Source of the DNA: a virus
Reading direction: 5' to 3' (one strand)
Length of the DNA: 64,000 nucleotides
IMG/VR virus record: IMGVR_UViG_3300046616_000188
Shown: in pieces, positions 1 to 9,013 of the stretch
Layout of the letters: every line of letters begins with the position of its first letter
Numbering within the stretch: the stretch's first letter is position 1
The notes under the pieces: generated by a model
What the model saw: only the letters and a program-made list of their open reading frames with translations
What the model was told of the DNA's origin: nothing
Database searches by the model: none
Made by a program: the position numbers and the translations under genes

Positions 1-1
1 C

Positions 2-184
2 CTAGGAGGCTGTTCCTCACATAGTGGCCGTAGGACCTTCATCACAGAGGCGGCACGCCGCGCCAATCTATTTAATGCCTCGCTGCGCGACGTGCAGGAC
101 TTGGCAGGACATGCCAACCTCACCACGACAGAGAGATATATCGATCCGAGTGATGGTGTCAAAAACCTCGTATCCTCATTGTAA
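2..184 (+). CDS. Tyrosine recombinase, C-terminal fragment (gene starts upstream of window)
   Basis: Frame 2 reads LGGCSSHSGRRTFITEAARR...DVQDLAGHANLTTTERYIDP*: HxxR, LxGH and catalytic Y motifs. Confidence 0.85.
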   Translation, partial: LGGCSSHSGRRTFITEAARRANLFNASLRDVQDLAGHANLTTTERYIDPSDGVKNLVSSL

Positions 185-194
185 CACGTGAAAA

Positions 195-224
195 GGCCTT
201 CTTAGTTAGCAGACTAAGAAGGCC
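195..224. terminator. 12-bp perfect hairpin after the recombinase
   Basis: GGCCTTCTTAGT-tagcag-ACTAAGAAGGCC; AAAA on the left gives a short U-tract on the - strand only. Confidence 0.45.
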
Positions 225-281
225 CTCGACGTTGAGGATCGAAAGGGCGGCAAAACCCTCCATCAACAAAGAAAGTATAAC

Positions 282-524
282 ATGGGCGGGACGTATGTCA
301 AGCCCTCGAATAGGGCTGTGGATCAACGCAACAAGGCGTGGCTCGACCTGAAAGAGGCAACCTACCCTTACCGTTGGACCATGAAGCACAAAAAGCCTCG
401 TCCAGAAGAAGCGGCACATTTGGGTATTAATTTTATCGCAGTACCATTCCCCGGCAAGAATCAAACGGTTTGGGGATTTAATACCTTTGAAGATATGGAA
501 ATTTTTAAAAAGGAATTTTGTTAA
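282..524 (+). CDS. Hypothetical protein
   Basis: 80-aa ORF, TAATG-coupled to next gene. Confidence 0.6.
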   Translation: MGGTYVKPSNRAVDQRNKAWLDLKEATYPYRWTMKHKKPRPEEAAHLGINFIAVPFPGKNQTVWGFNTFEDMEIFKKEFC

Positions 525-772
525 TGACAACAGTGAGAGTCAGTAAAGAAGAAATTTTAGATGTGCTGTCCTGCGCCGAAGATTACGGTTACAAGAAACC
601 TATTATTCTTCAAACCTTAACGGCTTGGTACGGCCCGATTACTGAGGCAGAGATTGATGCATTCGCGGCTGGTTACACCGAAGAAGATGGTTACGCCGAG
701 GAAGACATCGATTACGCCAAAGAGAATATTACTGAAATTTTCTCAAGATGGGGCAAAATTGTAGATGCGTGA
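524..772 (+). CDS. Hypothetical protein
   Basis: Acidic ORF; ATG overlaps previous stop. Confidence 0.6.
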   Translation: MTTVRVSKEEILDVLSCAEDYGYKKPIILQTLTAWYGPITEAEIDAFAAGYTEEDGYAEEDIDYAKENITEIFSRWGKIVDA

Positions 773-1202
773 CATTATTGTAGACCTAGACGGCACGGTT
801 GCGGATTGTAGTCACCGTCAACATTATGTCCAATCCAAGCCTTCTAATTGGAAAGCTTTCGAAGCTGGAATCCCTCACGACCCGCCGCATCAGCACGTCA
901 TCGACCTAGTCAATACGCTCTATGGCGCTGGTTGGAACATCATTCTATGTTCTGGTCGCGGGGAGCAATCTAGGGATCACACAGAAGAATGGCTTCTGCG
1001 CCGTAGCGTTTACTATCATCGTCTCTATATGAGGGCGCGTAACGATAGCCGCCGCGATGATATCGTTAAGATGGAACTGCTGGATCAAATCATTGCGGAT
1101 GGATTCAATCCTAGTTTCGCGCTCGATGATCGGAATCAAGTGGTTTCGGCATGGCGAGCCAGAGGCATTCCCTGCTTTCAAGTCGCACCGGGAGATTTCT
1201 GA
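765..1202 (+). CDS. HAD-family polynucleotide 3'-phosphatase (T4 PseT C-terminal-like)
   Basis: DLDGT motif I, SGR motif II, DDRNQVV motif IV, terminal FQVAPGDF. Confidence 0.85.
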   Translation: MRDIIVDLDGTVADCSHRQHYVQSKPSNWKAFEAGIPHDPPHQHVIDLVNTLYGAGWNIILCSGRGEQSRDHTEEWLLRRSVYYHRLYMRARNDSRRDDIVKMELLDQIIADGFNPSFALDDRNQVVSAWRARGIPCFQVAPGDF

Positions 1203-1402
1203 TGTGGGTCGTGCAACGTCGCTATGAATTAGTTAATCATAGACCTTATTGGCAAGAAATAGATGGTAAATTCTTTTATTCCATTCTTAAAAAGATGACT
1301 TCTTTTTCTACCGGATCGTGGGCCGATACTCAACAAGTAGCTAACTGGTTAGAAAAAGAATATGACGCGCCGCACCGAGTAATATACAAGGATTTGGGAT
1401 AA
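1202..1402 (+). CDS. Hypothetical protein
   Basis: TGATG-coupled ORF MWVVQRR... Confidence 0.55.
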   Translation: MWVVQRRYELVNHRPYWQEIDGKFFYSILKKMTSFSTGSWADTQQVANWLEKEYDAPHRVIYKDLG

Positions 1403-1578
1403 TGACTGAAGAAGATGTTAAAGTCCTCGAATCCGCGATGTGGTGGCTTGAAGGCGCGCTGCAATGTAAGACATGGGCGTGGGATGAGGATCAACGTGAA
1501 GCTGCGTCTTGGTCACTGATAGAAGCTACTAGAATTTTAGAGAATTATAAATATGAAAATGTACATCGCTATACTTGA
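1402..1578 (+). CDS. Small hypothetical protein (58 aa, not in ORF track)
   Basis: Read by hand: MTEEDVKVLESAMWWLEGALQCK...RYT*, TAATG-coupled, fills the gap. Confidence 0.5.
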   Translation: MTEEDVKVLESAMWWLEGALQCKTWAWDEDQREAASWSLIEATRILENYKYENVHRYT

Positions 1579-1906
1579 TGAATTTCCTGACTACATGGCT
1601 TGCACCCTTGTCGCTCATAGTGTGTTAGGCGCTCACCTCGAATTTCAAGACGACCCAGCATATAAGGCTTGGCTGAGCATGTCATTTAGGAAATGCGTGG
1701 TGCGTGTTAATCAAAAGGAATTTGATAAAATCGCAGCGCTTGAAAATGTATATCTTGGACATGAGAATAGAACTTTGGAAGGCCGAAAGGCATGCGCCGT
1801 GGTACTGCCTCGGGACGATGAAGATAATCCAAAGGTTCTGACATTTGCAAAATTATGGAAACCCAAATATGATCAACCCGCCACCGATAGAGACAACGGA
1901 AATTGA
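1553..1906 (+). CDS. Peptidyl-tRNA hydrolase type 2 (Pth2)-like protein
   Basis: MYIAI...AHS...W...RKCVVRV...E...P pattern and 117-aa size. Confidence 0.6.
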   Translation: MKMYIAILDEFPDYMACTLVAHSVLGAHLEFQDDPAYKAWLSMSFRKCVVRVNQKEFDKIAALENVYLGHENRTLEGRKACAVVLPRDDEDNPKVLTFAKLWKPKYDQPATDRDNGN

Positions 1907-2234
1907 AGACCTTGTCGCTGCCATGAGATCGTGGCAGGAGAATTATTATTACACCTTAATTTATGAATATAATAAACTAGCAAAAGAGCTAGGCAAAGAA
2001 GAAAAAAGATATATGCCTGCTGATGAATTCTTAGAGCAAGTTTATGAACAGCAGGATTGGCTGAAAGAATCTAGAACTGCTATCCATTGCGGAGATTGTA
2101 CCGCTGTCGCCACGTCATGTAGCAGATGCGCCACAGAATATTATTACAAATTACCTTCTACCGTGACTTGGAACGGAATTCATGAAGGCTCAAAGCTTTT
2201 ATACGAATTTTTAGATAGAAATAAGAAAGATTGA
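1869..2234 (+). CDS. Hypothetical protein with CxxC...CxxC
   Basis: HCGDCTAVATSCSRC. Confidence 0.6.
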   Translation: MINPPPIETTEIEDLVAAMRSWQENYYYTLIYEYNKLAKELGKEEKRYMPADEFLEQVYEQQDWLKESRTAIHCGDCTAVATSCSRCATEYYYKLPSTVTWNGIHEGSKLLYEFLDRNKKD

Positions 2235-2776
2235 ATTTAATGGGTAAGCGTAGTGATTTCACTAGGCTTCCACGTGATTATTACAGAACCATCGATCCTA
2301 GGGCTGTTCAAGCCCTCAAGCCATTTGTGACGCAAGGCTCAGCATTCGTTGAACCTTGCGCCGGGGATGGGATTCTGACTGATCAGTTAGTGGAAGTTTT
2401 AAAACTTAAATGCATTGCTGAGTACGATATCGAGCCAGATAATGATCGTGTAATTAAAAAAGATGCCTTGACAATTGAAGAAAGTGATGTTATTGGTGCA
2501 GACATAATCTGCACAAATCCTCCTTGGGATCGTAAGTTACTTCATCCAATGATCGAAAGGTTTGTATCACTTCGACCCACATTTCTCCTCTTTGACGCAA
2601 ATTGGGTGTGGACAAAACAATCTTCCCGCTTTATCAATCTCTACTGTACCGATATAATCGCAATCGGCAGACTTAAATGGATCGAAAACACGACCATGTC
2701 TGGAAAAGATGATAACGCGTGGTTTCGTTTCGATCTAAACAAACAGGGAGACACAAAGTTCCATGAACGTAGATGA
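2231..2776 (+). CDS. Small amino-DNA methyltransferase (likely m6A)
   Basis: EPCAGDG SAM-binding motif I followed by NPPW motif IV. Confidence 0.75.
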   Translation: MNLMGKRSDFTRLPRDYYRTIDPRAVQALKPFVTQGSAFVEPCAGDGILTDQLVEVLKLKCIAEYDIEPDNDRVIKKDALTIEESDVIGADIICTNPPWDRKLLHPMIERFVSLRPTFLLFDANWVWTKQSSRFINLYCTDIIAIGRLKWIENTTMSGKDDNAWFRFDLNKQGDTKFHERR

Positions 2777-3035
2777 AAAATTAATCTGGCTCATCAAACC
2801 TAGAGTGTTTGAGCCAGACGTGGAAATCAGCACACCGATGGGGCCGTATACCACTTCAGAATCAATAGCTCGTGACGTGGAAGAATTCTTCGCCGCGACA
2901 GAGAAAGAGTATACCGGTGTCATAGGTGGTCAATATAGTTACACATTCACACCTACTTCCATGGGGATGATGCTAGAAATTCTAGATGGTATCTCGGGAA
3001 GAAAAATTAACGTAACTGACTTTAATTCATGGTAA
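2763..3035 (+). CDS. Hypothetical protein
   Basis: 90-aa ORF in coupled run. Confidence 0.55.
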   Translation: MNVDEKLIWLIKPRVFEPDVEISTPMGPYTTSESIARDVEEFFAATEKEYTGVIGGQYSYTFTPTSMGMMLEILDGISGRKINVTDFNSW

Positions 3036-3054
3036 TGGAAAGGAAATACCCGAA

Positions 3055-3396
3055 ATGAAGCCTGACATTTATTACGAAAATAAGAAATCCCACATCACCA
3101 CTCTGTCTGTCATGACTAATCTTCAAATTCCCCGCGCCGCTAAGCATGGTGGCGATTCTCTCGGGAACCTTCGTCACCGCGTCCTCGATTTTATCGCACT
3201 CACACCAGATGTTTCAGATGATTTTACTGATAAGGTTTGGGTCGGATGCTGGAAGGAAACTTATTCTCGAATTTCTGACGCTATCCGTGACATCAAGGAA
3301 ATTGGTGATTACCGCCTTGATGCAAAGCGCCGTGAACTTAGCGCGGTTGCTAATTCACTCCTCGCGGCTCGTCGCGCAGTTTATTGGATCAAGTAA
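3055..3396 (+). CDS. Hypothetical protein
   Basis: 113-aa ORF preceded by AAGGA. Confidence 0.6.
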   Translation: MKPDIYYENKKSHITTLSVMTNLQIPRAAKHGGDSLGNLRHRVLDFIALTPDVSDDFTDKVWVGCWKETYSRISDAIRDIKEIGDYRLDAKRRELSAVANSLLAARRAVYWIK

Positions 3397-3408
3397 AAGT
3401 TAAATTTT

Positions 3409-3792
3409 ATGAAACCATTTATTCATGCAAGATCAAGTGCCGCTAAGTATGGCGGCACGCCGGAAGACTATATCAAAATTCACGAGTATTTTGATAGCAC
3501 AAAATCGAGCCATGCCGATGTTCGCCACAGAGCTATTCTGCATACCGCATTCGGCATCTATCTCGTGGCTGACGTATTTGGTCAGCACATCATCAACAGC
3601 GACGGCAAGACAGTATCTGTAAGGGATATTGGGGAGCAACACGTTATTGAAGATTTGGGCCACATCCCTTCAATGTCTGACTATTTGAAACATATGTCGA
3701 TTGAGGATTGGATGGCTGGGCCACATTACAAGCTTAAACGCAAAGTAGTTAATTTTACCGAAACGAAACCTGAGAGAGATTACATTGACTGA
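3409..3792 (+). CDS. DUF6915-like protein
   Basis: HARSSAAKYGGTPEDYIKIHEYFDSTK...RHRAILH...EQHVIED, His-rich. Confidence 0.65.
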   Translation: MKPFIHARSSAAKYGGTPEDYIKIHEYFDSTKSSHADVRHRAILHTAFGIYLVADVFGQHIINSDGKTVSVRDIGEQHVIEDLGHIPSMSDYLKHMSIEDWMAGPHYKLKRKVVNFTETKPERDYID

Positions 3793-4324
3793 TATTACAG
3801 AACTTTTAGAAAAGATTGAAACGAAGAAGGTAGAATATCAAGAATTTATTAAGCAGCAGCAGGTAGAAATGCTCGCCGCAGCTGAAGGCCTTTTCACCGC
3901 AGTCTTCGATAATTTCGATTTTGTCGAAGCGATTGTTTGGACCCAATACACTCCCGGCTTCAATGATGGCGATCCTTGTGAATTCGGCGTTCATGATTTC
4001 TACGTCATGGGTAAGGGTTATTTGGAAAGTGATGAGGTAGGTGAATACGCAGAAGAAAACGAGCACCGCATCGAGATTGAAGAGCCTAATTATGCCTTGA
4101 AGCGCAAGGCAAATGGTGAGAGCCTTGACGAATGGGACGTGGCACGTCTCGCGGCTTGGGATGAATTGTTAGAGACTTACGGCGAAGATACGATTAAGTC
4201 ACTTAATAAAGCACTTGCCGCGCTTCAGGGCCTGCCAGATGAAATTTACGAAAGCTTTGGCGAAGGTCTAGTCGTTGCGTCTCGCGAAGGTATTGATCTT
4301 TACGAATACGATTGCGGATATTGA
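3785..4324 (+). CDS. Conserved acidic phage protein
   Basis: WTQYTPGFNDGDPCEF motif. Confidence 0.6.
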   Translation: MTDITELLEKIETKKVEYQEFIKQQQVEMLAAAEGLFTAVFDNFDFVEAIVWTQYTPGFNDGDPCEFGVHDFYVMGKGYLESDEVGEYAEENEHRIEIEEPNYALKRKANGESLDEWDVARLAAWDELLETYGEDTIKSLNKALAALQGLPDEIYESFGEGLVVASREGIDLYEYDCGY

Positions 4325-4341
4325 TTTAGAAAGTTAATTTA

Positions 4342-5517
4342 ATGCGTTACGAATTCCCACGAATCGTTCACATCTCTCAGGCACTTGAAGCAATTAAAGG
4401 TGACGAAGACCTCTTTTACGTCGTTGAAAAAGAAGGTTATATCGTAATCAATTACAAACTACCCTGCAACAAGACTTTCCCGCCTGTCACAGATCGTAAC
4501 ATCGCGATTCGTCGGGAACTTCGTGGCATTAAGTTTGATTCTATCACTGGCGAAACGATTGCAAGAGTTTTTCACAAATTTTTTAATTATGGTGAACGTG
4601 AAGAAACTTTAGCAAATAATATTGACTTATCAATTGGTTATGATAGGTTAGAGAAATTGGATGGGTCTATGGTCCATCCTCTTTTTCTGCCACAAGGCGT
4701 TCGCTGGGCCACGAAAATGGGCGTGACAGACACTTCGATGCAGACAGAAGTGTGGCTCGCCGGTAATCCAAACGACGGCTTAAATAACTTCCTCGGTGAA
4801 TGTTCTTATTTAAAATTGACACCTATTTTCGAATGGTGTAGCCGTTTAAATAGGATCGTAGTGGATCACCCCGTTGATCGTCTCGTCTTAACTGCGGTAC
4901 GTGAAAATTACAGCGGAGCTTACACTCCATACAGCGAATTGAAGTGGTACAGAGATTGTTTTGACATTGATCTTGTTGAGCGTTGCAACGATCCTATCAA
5001 AGACATAGTTTCGTATTCGGAATCTATTTACGAATTGAAATCAGATGTAGTGACTGAAGGTGAAGTTCTTCGTTTCAGTGATGGGCACATGCTCAAGGTG
5101 AAATCGGAAGACTATATCAATCTCCATAGAACTAAGGATAAGATTCAGAAAGAAAGACACTTCGTCGCAATTCTGCTGAATCAGCAGTTGGACGATCTGA
5201 AGCCTTTCATGCTCGCCGAAGATTTGGCCAAGGCCGAGGCGTATGAAGTCATCCTGAATCAGAACGTCAACGCTCTGGCCCATGAAATTTTCCATGAAGT
5301 GAACGCCGTTTTGAAGGCTGCACTCTCCCGCAAAGATTTCGCAATTGGTAACAAAAGCGATCCCCTTGTCAAGCAAATCATTTTCCACCTATGGGACCGA
5401 GATTTTCCTCTCGATACGATCCATGATGAGCTAATGAGAAGACTTAAGGAAGCTTGTGAATCTGAACAAAAGTTCGAACGTCTCCGTCCCACTCTATTGA
5501 AAGGAACAGTCTGGTGA
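4342..5517 (+). CDS. rnl1: RNA ligase 1 (T4 Rnl1-like)
   Basis: FHKFFNYGE, motif I EKLDGS, TPIFEW, EGEV, LKVKSEDY. Confidence 0.85.
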   Translation: MRYEFPRIVHISQALEAIKGDEDLFYVVEKEGYIVINYKLPCNKTFPPVTDRNIAIRRELRGIKFDSITGETIARVFHKFFNYGEREETLANNIDLSIGYDRLEKLDGSMVHPLFLPQGVRWATKMGVTDTSMQTEVWLAGNPNDGLNNFLGECSYLKLTPIFEWCSRLNRIVVDHPVDRLVLTAVRENYSGAYTPYSELKWYRDCFDIDLVERCNDPIKDIVSYSESIYELKSDVVTEGEVLRFSDGHMLKVKSEDYINLHRTKDKIQKERHFVAILLNQQLDDLKPFMLAEDLAKAEAYEVILNQNVNALAHEIFHEVNAVLKAALSRKDFAIGNKSDPLVKQIIFHLWDRDFPLDTIHDELMRRLKEACESEQKFERLRPTLLKGTVW

Positions 5518-5735
5518 AGAAACTTTTAATCATTGGCCTTATCGCTCTAGGGCTTACGTCCTGTCTAGATAAGGGTGATTTCGTTTATGTCAGGAGTGAT
5601 GAAGGAACGAAATTTGGCTATATCATCGGAATAAATAGTACAGGGTTAATTTTTGTTAGGCTCTGTGACGGAACAATTGTTAGCGCCTCTAGTGGTTACA
5701 TGGCAGAAGCTAATGACGGGGAAGTTTGCCCATGA
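5514..5735 (+). CDS. Small lipoprotein, copy 1
   Basis: Signal peptide with lipobox LTSC. Confidence 0.7.
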   Translation: MKKLLIIGLIALGLTSCLDKGDFVYVRSDEGTKFGYIIGINSTGLIFVRLCDGTIVSASSGYMAEANDGEVCP

Positions 5736-5968
5736 AAAAGTTTTTAATCATTGGCTTAATCGCTTTAGGTCTTGCGTCTTGCTCGGCGTTCCAAGTAGGG
5801 ATCAACGTCTATGTCGGAGCTAAAGGTGGGCCTGCCCTGCTAGGAACAATTGTGGCTCGAAATAACGGGGCAAGTTTTGTTGTTGTGAAGCTTTGCGACG
5901 GGCAGCTTTTCAGTGTTCAGACAGATAGTTTAATTATTACACAAGATACGTGCCCCTACAATGAGTGA
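5732..5968 (+). CDS. Small lipoprotein, copy 2 (paralogue)
   Basis: Near-identical signal peptide, lipobox LASC, shared LCDG and terminal CP. Confidence 0.7.
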   Translation: MKKFLIIGLIALGLASCSAFQVGINVYVGAKGGPALLGTIVARNNGASFVVVKLCDGQLFSVQTDSLIITQDTCPYNE

Positions 5969-6587
5969 TTGCCAAAATTGTGATACTTGCCCGTTCATTG
6001 AGCCTCAAAAAGAGCTTATCTATGAAATACATGTCACGGTGGATCACAAGGAATCATTTGTAGAGGATTGTTATTCCATCGGCGTAAAGCCTGTGGTAAT
6101 TGAATTAGGAACGGGCATTCCTTCCCACTCAATGACTTCGTCTACGGTTAAAGGGGGCAATGATACGACTGTGTTTGTCACGGCACGCTCCATCTCTAAA
6201 GCTCTTGAGGACATAGGATATACAGTTAAACGCGTCAAGATCGAAACAGTTCCGTGGCACCCAAAAGCTTCTTGCCCCGAACCGGGGCAGTATTTTGAAA
6301 CGCACTTCGCTGTTAAAAATTTAAATTATACCTCGTCTAAAAATCTAAGACACTTGAGTTATCATCTCGGATTGCATTATTCCAGCAATTTGCTGAAGAA
6401 GAGTGACGACTCGGCTCAGATGTTAACGCTTAGGAAGAAAAACGTAGATTACGAGACGTACCGAGACATAGCTGTTTCGATGGAGCAGGCCCTGCTAACG
6501 TATAATTTTAAATTAGATAAAGTGATTACAGAATTTGCTCTGTATGACACGAATGAAAAAATGGATGACCAATGGTTAAATTCCTAA
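5961..6587 (+). CDS. Conserved hypothetical phage protein
   Basis: 208 aa; YEIHVTV, RVKIETVPWHP, YFETH motifs. Confidence 0.65.
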   Translation: MSDCQNCDTCPFIEPQKELIYEIHVTVDHKESFVEDCYSIGVKPVVIELGTGIPSHSMTSSTVKGGNDTTVFVTARSISKALEDIGYTVKRVKIETVPWHPKASCPEPGQYFETHFAVKNLNYTSSKNLRHLSYHLGLHYSSNLLKKSDDSAQMLTLRKKNVDYETYRDIAVSMEQALLTYNFKLDKVITEFALYDTNEKMDDQWLNS

Positions 6588-7021
6588 GATATCTACAATA
6601 CGCAATTTACTTTCCTTTCAATCTTCTGTTTGTACTACTTTCGTACATCCTGTCGCCTATTCTCGCTGCGCTATCTTTCGTTTTTGGCGCTAAGCTTCCT
6701 GTACCGCTCCAGTGGTTCGGCACAATTGATGATGACTTGGATGGTGGATTTCATCAACACATTGAGGGCTACGATTCCGGTGCTAAGGGATTCTCTTTAT
6801 GGTGGCAGAGAACGTGTTGGGTCTGCCGTAACCCGGCCCACGGCTGGCAGTCCATCGTATTAGGATTCAAAGGCGAAAATAAAGGCTTCACGTTCAAACG
6901 TGACATTGTTTTGACAGATAGTTATTATCTAAAGCTTTGGCTCGGTTGGAGTAACCGCTCCTATGACGGAACATATTTCCATTACCTCTTCCAATCCGGC
7001 ATTAAGAAAAGAAAAATTTAA
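6572..7021 (+). CDS. Hypothetical membrane protein
   Basis: Hydrophobic N-terminus; WFGTIDDDLDG and WVCRNPAHG. Confidence 0.6.
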   Translation: MVKFLRYLQYAIYFPFNLLFVLLSYILSPILAALSFVFGAKLPVPLQWFGTIDDDLDGGFHQHIEGYDSGAKGFSLWWQRTCWVCRNPAHGWQSIVLGFKGENKGFTFKRDIVLTDSYYLKLWLGWSNRSYDGTYFHYLFQSGIKKRKI

Positions 7022-7516
7022 ATGACTGAAACAGTACCCAAGTACCTCTACAATCCTAAACTAAGTCTTACTCAGCAGTTCGATTATCTTCGTAACACGA
7101 TTAGGCCGGAACGATATGAGGATAAAGCCATAGCATCGGCCATGGAGAAGCTTTATGACGCAATTGCTCCTGTGGCACAACAGTACAGGGAAACGCTCGC
7201 CAGCGATGATCCTCTGGCCCTCTATCTCAATTATTTCCTTCGACCCGCCATCGATATCATGGATGACGACGTTGATGATGAAGTGGAAGAGCCTGTACTA
7301 TTTGCCACCATTCCTCTCGGCACTGAAGCGATTCAAACCAAGGTCGGCAAGATTACTGCTCTATCAACTGTTCGTATTACTCATGCTTCACCTCTTGGTG
7401 ATGTTGGGATCACTTCTAATCTATCAGCATCTCGTGGCTATGAAACTCGCGTCTTTTGGGACAGCCTGAAAGATTATCGCGTAACGGCAAAGAAGGAAGT
7501 TAAGAATGACGAATGA
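7022..7516 (+). CDS. Hypothetical protein
   Basis: 164-aa ORF. Confidence 0.6.
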   Translation: MTETVPKYLYNPKLSLTQQFDYLRNTIRPERYEDKAIASAMEKLYDAIAPVAQQYRETLASDDPLALYLNYFLRPAIDIMDDDVDDEVEEPVLFATIPLGTEAIQTKVGKITALSTVRITHASPLGDVGITSNLSASRGYETRVFWDSLKDYRVTAKKEVKNDE

Positions 7517-7700
7517 AACGCGCGCCGCCTATTCTAAGTTCCGTCTCGATTATGACGCTTATCTAAATTCTGATATCAGCTTCGATGAAAAGGAAGATGA
7601 GTATATCCCAGCCGATCATAAATTTAATCTCATCGCAACGTCTGGCAGTGGCGGAATCGTACCGGATAGTGAAGATCGAAGGTATATGGTTTTTCTATGA
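7506..7700 (+). CDS. Hypothetical protein
   Basis: 64-aa coupled ORF. Confidence 0.5.
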   Translation: MTNETRAAYSKFRLDYDAYLNSDISFDEKEDEYIPADHKFNLIATSGSGGIVPDSEDRRYMVFL

Positions 7701-8215
7701 ATAATAAAAAATTTCTATTTGTACTGGTCGGCCTGCCCTGCACCGGCAAGTCCACATTCAGGGAAAGACTTAAGCAGGATTTAGAATTTCTGACCATTTC
7801 GTCTGACGATTATGTCGAGAGTTATGCAAAAAATCTTGGTAAGACATACTCTGAAGTTTTTAAAGATGCGGTGGGGGAAGCGTCACGCCGTGTCGAAGAA
7901 GACGCTAGAATGGCTGTGATCAAGGAACTGAATGTTGTTTGGGATCAAACTAACTTAACCGCTGCGAAGCGGAAGAAAATTCTTGACAAATTCGAAAACT
8001 ATGTTAAGATATGCGTGAATTTTGAAATTGAATTTTATTCTGAATGGATGAAGCGACTCTATAAAAGGGCGGGCGAAGAAGGGAAGTATATCCCCTTCCA
8101 TGTCATCGAGAGCATGGATCGCAGTTTTGAATATCCTCAGTATTCAGAAGGTTTTGATTCCATTATAGGTGCTGGCGATTACAACATAAAGGAGCTAATT
8201 TTACACTATGCCTAA
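7697..8215 (+). CDS. P-loop kinase (AAA_33 / polynucleotide 5'-kinase-like)
   Basis: GLPCTGKST Walker A, SSDD, WDQTNL...R. Confidence 0.8.
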   Translation: MNNKKFLFVLVGLPCTGKSTFRERLKQDLEFLTISSDDYVESYAKNLGKTYSEVFKDAVGEASRRVEEDARMAVIKELNVVWDQTNLTAAKRKKILDKFENYVKICVNFEIEFYSEWMKRLYKRAGEEGKYIPFHVIESMDRSFEYPQYSEGFDSIIGAGDYNIKELILHYA

Positions 8216-8732
8216 TGTCTATTTCACCAGCGACACCCATTTTGGTCACGCCAATATCATTAGGCTCGGTGAAGGTCGCCCCTTCAAAGATATTAAGGAT
8301 CATGACACGACGCTGATCCAGCGTTGGAACGCTCGTGTCAAGCCTGATGATGTTGTGTTCCACCTCGGAGACTTCAATTATAAATCCTCCGTCGATGCTG
8401 ATTTCTATTTGAAGCAGCTGAACGGAAAGAAATTTCTCATCATTGGGAATCACGACAAGCAAGACACCATCACTGCTGATGGCTGGGAAGTTGCTCTCCC
8501 GTATCAAGAGCTTGAACTAAATGGCAAGCAAATCACTCTTTGCCATTACCCTATCGAGGAATGGAACGGTTATTTCAGAGGCTCTTGGATGCTGCATGGC
8601 CATGTCCACGGCATCACGAAGACTGTTCCGATCCGTAAGAACCGAGTCGATGTTGGCGTTGATAATTTCAATTTTACGCCAGCAACATTTGAAGAAATCC
8701 AAGAATTTAATAGGAATAGTCTGGATGCCTAA
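8208..8732 (+). CDS. Calcineurin-like metallophosphoesterase
   Basis: SDTHFGH, HLGDF, GNHD, HYP, HGHVH. Confidence 0.9.
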   Translation: MPNVYFTSDTHFGHANIIRLGEGRPFKDIKDHDTTLIQRWNARVKPDDVVFHLGDFNYKSSVDADFYLKQLNGKKFLIIGNHDKQDTITADGWEVALPYQELELNGKQITLCHYPIEEWNGYFRGSWMLHGHVHGITKTVPIRKNRVDVGVDNFNFTPATFEEIQEFNRNSLDA

Positions 8733-8976
8733 ATATGTTAAAAGTTCCCCTGACGAAATCGTTGATGCGTTCCAAGTCAGGAAGGATGGCCCCACTCCCG
8801 TACCAGATTGGTTTCCAAGTGATTATGAAATCGTTAAAGTAGGTGTTGTGTTCGAAAGTTCTCTTGGAAACTACGAAGTTGCTAGGTGGGAAGACTACGT
8901 AATTAAATATGATAGCAGCGGATATTTGGGGATAATGCCTGAGAAACTTTTTAACTACGCGTATAAACTTGCATAA
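8725..8976 (+). CDS. Hypothetical protein
   Basis: ORF from MPKYVKSSPDE, overlapping previous stop. Confidence 0.55.
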   Translation: MPKYVKSSPDEIVDAFQVRKDGPTPVPDWFPSDYEIVKVGVVFESSLGNYEVARWEDYVIKYDSSGYLGIMPEKLFNYAYKLA

Positions 8977-9013
8977 ATAAATAAATAATAACAAAATAGA
9001 ATAGGATAATAAT

